From NCBI RefSeq assembly GCF_009914755.1, contig NC_060925.1: a stretch of DNA of 64,000 nucleotides; one strand, 5' to 3'. The stretch comes from the human T2T-CHM13v2.0 reference genome, Homo sapiens. Below, piece after piece: positions 59,515-64,000 of the stretch (positions are counted from its first letter, which is position 1; each line of letters begins with the position of its first letter). Below the pieces are notes generated by a model. The model was not told the DNA's origin, searched no databases, and saw only the letters and a program-made list of their open reading frames with translations. Position numbers and translations under genes: made by a program.

Positions 59515-59670
59515 CATTCTTTCTTTTCATCTTTCTTCCTTCCTCCTTCCCCCTCCTCCTCCTTTTTACTTTTCTTCCTCTTCCTTTCTCTTCTTCTTTC
59601 TCTCCTTCATTATCCCTTTCGCTGTTTCTCTTTCTCCCTTTCTCTTTTTTCTTTTATTTCAATTTTCTCA
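59515..59670 (+). repeat. Polypyrimidine (CT-rich) low-complexity tract
   Basis: Directly visible. Confidence 0.85.
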
Positions 59671-62600
59671 ATTACTAAGAGATGTTTAAGTACCCTTAGC
59701 ATGTTAGTAGATACGGTTATTTCTCCCTTTAGTTCTCTTTTGAGATTTATAGTCACTCAAATAAAGAGATAACCCAAACATAAGCGTCACAAACAGGCTT
59801 TCATACCATTCTTAATTTGGTCCTGTACTTCTTCATTGCTGTATTAACTTTCTGATGCTTTTGAGGATGTTTTATAACAAATTGTGTAGCTTTTTCCAAT
59901 GGAATGTTTATTCTGACTTATCTAATTCATATTGTAAGTATAGAGGGAGTTTAATATAAAATTATTAAGCTAATATTTGTGAAAGAATGTATTTGTGCAT
60001 TTAACAAATATGTTAATCCTCAGACTGTTATTGGGCAGCTGAGCATACAGGAATAAAAATAACACAATTTTTATGTGTACAATATTTATGGAATACGTTA
60101 CTGGACCCAATAAATAATTAAGTTAATAACATGACAAAGAACAGAAATTGTATACACCATAGAGCACAGTAATGGAATAATGAATGATTAAAGTTATTAA
60201 TATTAGGTAGAAAATGAAGGGTATCTTTGAGAGCAGAACTCAAGGAAGCAAGCAATTCGCCTTATGAGGAAAGAGTTACCTGTGGATACAGGAGAAACTG
60301 AAAAAATTACAAGTGAAGACTTTTTGAGCAAAAACAAAAATATGACTATTAGTCACCAATTCAGTACAGTGAAAAAAAAGTTGAAGAGATATCTTGGAAG
60401 TAAACCATGTTGTGGAAGAGCATGTAGGGTTTTGATAATCATGGGATGATTCTGAATTAATTTTAAATGCGATAGGAATATATGAGATAATTTCACCAGA
60501 GAATAATATGATTGTGTTTGCATTTCAAAGGGGTGTATCTGGTGCACTGTGTAGAATAAATAGGTTATGTGAGCAAATAAATTGGGAGGCTACTCTAATC
60601 CAGAGAAAAATGGTAGTGACTTAGGTGAGAATGCTGTCAGCATGAGTGGTAGTAGTGGTGAGAAGTCGTTAGGCCATGGATGTATTTCATAGGGCTGGCC
60701 AAGAGAACTGCAGCTAAACTGGAGTGTAGGGAGTGAAATGGAGAACTCAAAGATGACACTCAGCACTTGAAGGTGACAGCTGTCACTGAAGCATGCCGAT
60801 GCCTCTTATTAAGAGAGTTACTTGGGAATGGCAAGATCAAAACTTCTCACTTTCAAATTTATGAAAAATATTGTTTTCAGAACGAGTGACTTTGGGATCA
60901 GAAAGCCACCATTCTAATTGATGATTCCACGACTACACGGGCTCACAGTCCCAAGAGCAAAAGTAAATCATCACAAAGGTGCTTCTTGATAATTCTAGAG
61001 AATGGAGAATTACTGTAACATCTTTCTGATTTTAGGAGAGGTAGCACTTCCCTTTTTAGCCTAAACGCTATTTTTTTTAAAGCTCAGCCAAGAGACTCCA
61101 TTATCATTTTCAAATGTGTGTAACTTAAATTCTCATATGAAATGCCACTATGCTTAAATTAGTCAAAACATTTTCCCCATCTACAACTCTATCTTGTCAT
61201 TGCAATCATTTTCACAAAAGTGACTGCAGCTCACAGACCCTAAAAGGAGAAAATCCAGGGTAGGTTATCTGATCTAGTTAGTTTCGAAGACAGGATCTAG
61301 AGATTATTTAATATGAAATAGGTCACCTGAAATGAAGTGTTTACTGAAAACAGCTTGGATCAGCCCAGTTTTCTACCACTGAACCATGCATTTGGTTTAA
61401 AAAACACAACTCTGGGGAATATCAGCTGCTTCCAACTGTGTTGAAGGTGTTAAAGAAAAGAGCATAAAATTAAAAATGATCATCTGAGGCCTTTATAGTC
61501 TCTGCTCAAGAGACTAGAGTTTTCCATTCTTAACGAAACATCCAAATATCTTAATAATTGGGCAACATCTAAGCATCAGAGATAATTTTATCTTGAAGAT
61601 TGTTAAATTATAACGGTGATTCACTAGCTTGCCACGTCTCTGAGTCAAAAATTAGGTCTTTGTTTAGGAATCAATCATAATCTGCAATTTGGAAATAGGA
61701 AGATTTTAGAAGACTCAGACATTGACTTTCTCGTGTGCAAAAAAAAGATGTATTGAGATAAAACAAGTCTTTCCTTGCAAGGATACCTCTAATGCTCATA
61801 CACCACCTCCCCTAACATTAATAGAGCTTCCAGGTCACTAACCAGTGTCAGAGAGCAGCCCATGCAACTAGAAATTCAAAAGATGTCGAACATAGGATCA
61901 AGCTTGGAAGAAGACGTCTTAGCTAATTAAGTATGCTTTTTTCCCGAAATTCATATTAACAAAATCTTGGATATGTCAGAGAATGCATTCTAAGTTCACT
62001 CAACCTAGGAGGGAGAAACATAATTTTAAATTAAGAGCTGAAGCATTCTTGTCCTAACAGAAAGCAAGGAAAACGAAATATCACACCACAGGAGGGATTT
62101 CACAAATTTGTGTCAACATCAAAACCTTAAAATAGGCAAGGAGAATGCAGATTCACAATGAACTCTTGTACTTGTTTTGTTCAGAGAAGAGATGGTTCTG
62201 AGAGAATGACAGTGAACTAACCCCAGCTGGTTTAGTTGGTGCTTTCAACTGCTGCTTCTGATCAACTCCTTTAGCTAGAATAAATTGATGAGGAGTTTGG
62301 CATGTGGTATTAGAGATGGTTATTAATTTTTTCCTCTTATTTGCATTGTTCAATATAGTAAATACTAGCTGTATATGGCTACTTCAATTCAAATTAATTA
62401 TAATGAAATATACTTAAATATTGAACTTTTTAGTCACTCTTGGTTCATTATTGAATACCTTCAGCTAAGATTTCCCAAGTAAAGACACTAAGAGGTGGCT
62501 TAGTTAACTGGTCGTCCACAAATATTGAAGCTGTTCTTAACTCCTGATATATTCTCTGCAAAGAGAATATTCATGAGCCTCCTCCTGAAATCAGCAGCCT

Positions 62601-63041
62601 AGAGATAGTTTTATAAACGGGATACAAGTTGGAAATCTATATACTCTTTAAGTGTTTGAAATATTAGCTTCCCAGGGAAGAAAATCAAATTCATAAGATA
62701 TGTTAGGACAATTTAACCCAAGATGTTCAAAACTGAAATGACATATTCTACAACATGTGATAAAACCACCCCCTAACAACTTAAAGCAAAACAGGGATGG
62801 ACCTTAAAGACCTGCCTTTTCCTCATCCCCCAGCCAATCAGTTTTCAAATCTTGCATTTTATTTTGAAAGGTCCTTACCCCGCTGGTCTCTTGTTTCTAG
62901 ACTTGGCATATATTTAAGTTTGTTACCTCTCTCTACTGACTTTTCTCTCTTCAAACAGTATCTATGCCTGCCAAATGTGAACATACAAAAAACAAATCAG
63001 AATGTGCCATTCTGATTTAAACTACTTATTAGTTAATACCC

Positions 63042-64000
63042 TCAAGATAACATCTGGGTTCTTAGCTTCAATGAGTCAAGCCTACTTACATCTTTTTTTG
63101 TCTTTGGCTGCATATTTCCTATCACATCGCACTCCAGCAATGCCAAGCTGTGCTGGTCTTCTACCCCATCTCCATTATTTTGTCCTCCGCCGCCGCGCCT
63201 TTGTGCCCCCACCCCGCCTCGGCTTTTTGCCGCGGCTCTGAGGGCGGGAGCAGCAGACTCGGCTGCCAGCTCTACTGGCGTCCGGGCAAGGGCAGCGCCG
63301 AGGTGTGCTCCTGGTCCAGCTCTCCTGGCTCAGGGATTCATTGCCTAGGTGCTGGCGCCCGGGGCTCCTTGCCTAGGCCCCTGTGTCCTGCATAGAGCGA
63401 CACTGCCTGCAGAGGCGATGGGAGAGAAGAAGGAGGGCGGTGGCGGGGGTGATGCGGCGGCCACGGAGGGTGGCACAGGGGCTGCGGCCAGCCGAGCGCT
63501 GCAGCAGTGCGGGCAGCTCCAGAAGCTCATCGTCATCTTCATTGGCAGCCTGTGCGGGCTGTGCACCAAGTGCGCTGTGTCCAACGACCTCACCCAGCAG
63601 GAGATACAGACCCTGGAGGTAAGGGGTTCCGGGACCCGGGCTGAGCTCCAGGAGCGGCCCGGACACCTCCTTTGGGACCCCAGTTCACTCCTGGCCGAGT
63701 TGCATCCTTGAGCTCACGTCACCCCCTTGGAGGCTTCCCCTCCCTCCTGCACTCGCTGATGCGGCAGCCAGAGGACCCGGGACCAGCCCTCACCTTGGGC
63801 AGGATTTGTGGAGTGGGTGCGTGGTGGGAACTGGGATTGAGGCTCCAGGGTCCCGTGGGGGTGGGGGTGGGCTGCACGAGGACATCCCCTTACCCCCTGA
63901 ATTTCCATCTGGTCCAGCCCTCTCATCTTGTAGGTGAGGAAACCGAAGGCCTGAGGGAGAAATGACTTGCCAGGAACCCCTGTTAAGGAAAATTAACAAC
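63042..64000 (+). repeat. Segmental duplication copy 2 (runs off the window end)
   Basis: Colinear with 27962-30237 except that the GC-rich repeat is only ~55 bp (63181-63237). Confidence 0.95.
63388..63618 (+). pseudogene. KSR1: KSR1 exon 1 unprocessed pseudogene fragment, copy 2 (KSR1P-like)
   Basis: [77 protein letters not shown]; 231 nt; donor GTAAGG at 63619; first ATG is CTG, second ATG at 63418. Confidence 0.93.

Overview
This is primate (human or great ape) pericentromeric DNA, not microbial, and it contains no intact conventional gene. Bases 1-~9.6 kb are the end of a human satellite II (HSat2) array, which grades into (CATTC)n at its edge. The remainder is a repeat-rich segmental-duplication mosaic of Alu, L1, L2, MaLR/ERV LTRs and DNA transposons, including a full-length but disabled L1PA3/4-type element (~33.06-39.19 kb). 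The main non-repeat signal is two diverged, same-strand copies of an unprocessed fragment of KSR1 (exon 1 plus the start of intron 1) at ~29.5 kb and ~63.2 kb. Both keep a 97-codon read-through ORF. In copy 1, a short GC-rich motif upstream of the exon forms a ~1.4-kb minisatellite; in copy 2 the same motif is ~55 bp. Copy 1 ends in a second, unrelated (GAAAT/GAT)n tract that abuts the L1. Repeat-family and KSR1 calls come from recalled consensus sequences, not database searches, and old-repeat boundaries are approximate. I found no convincing new coding system; the most interesting candidate is the repeat-bracketed KSR1 exon-1 duplicon.
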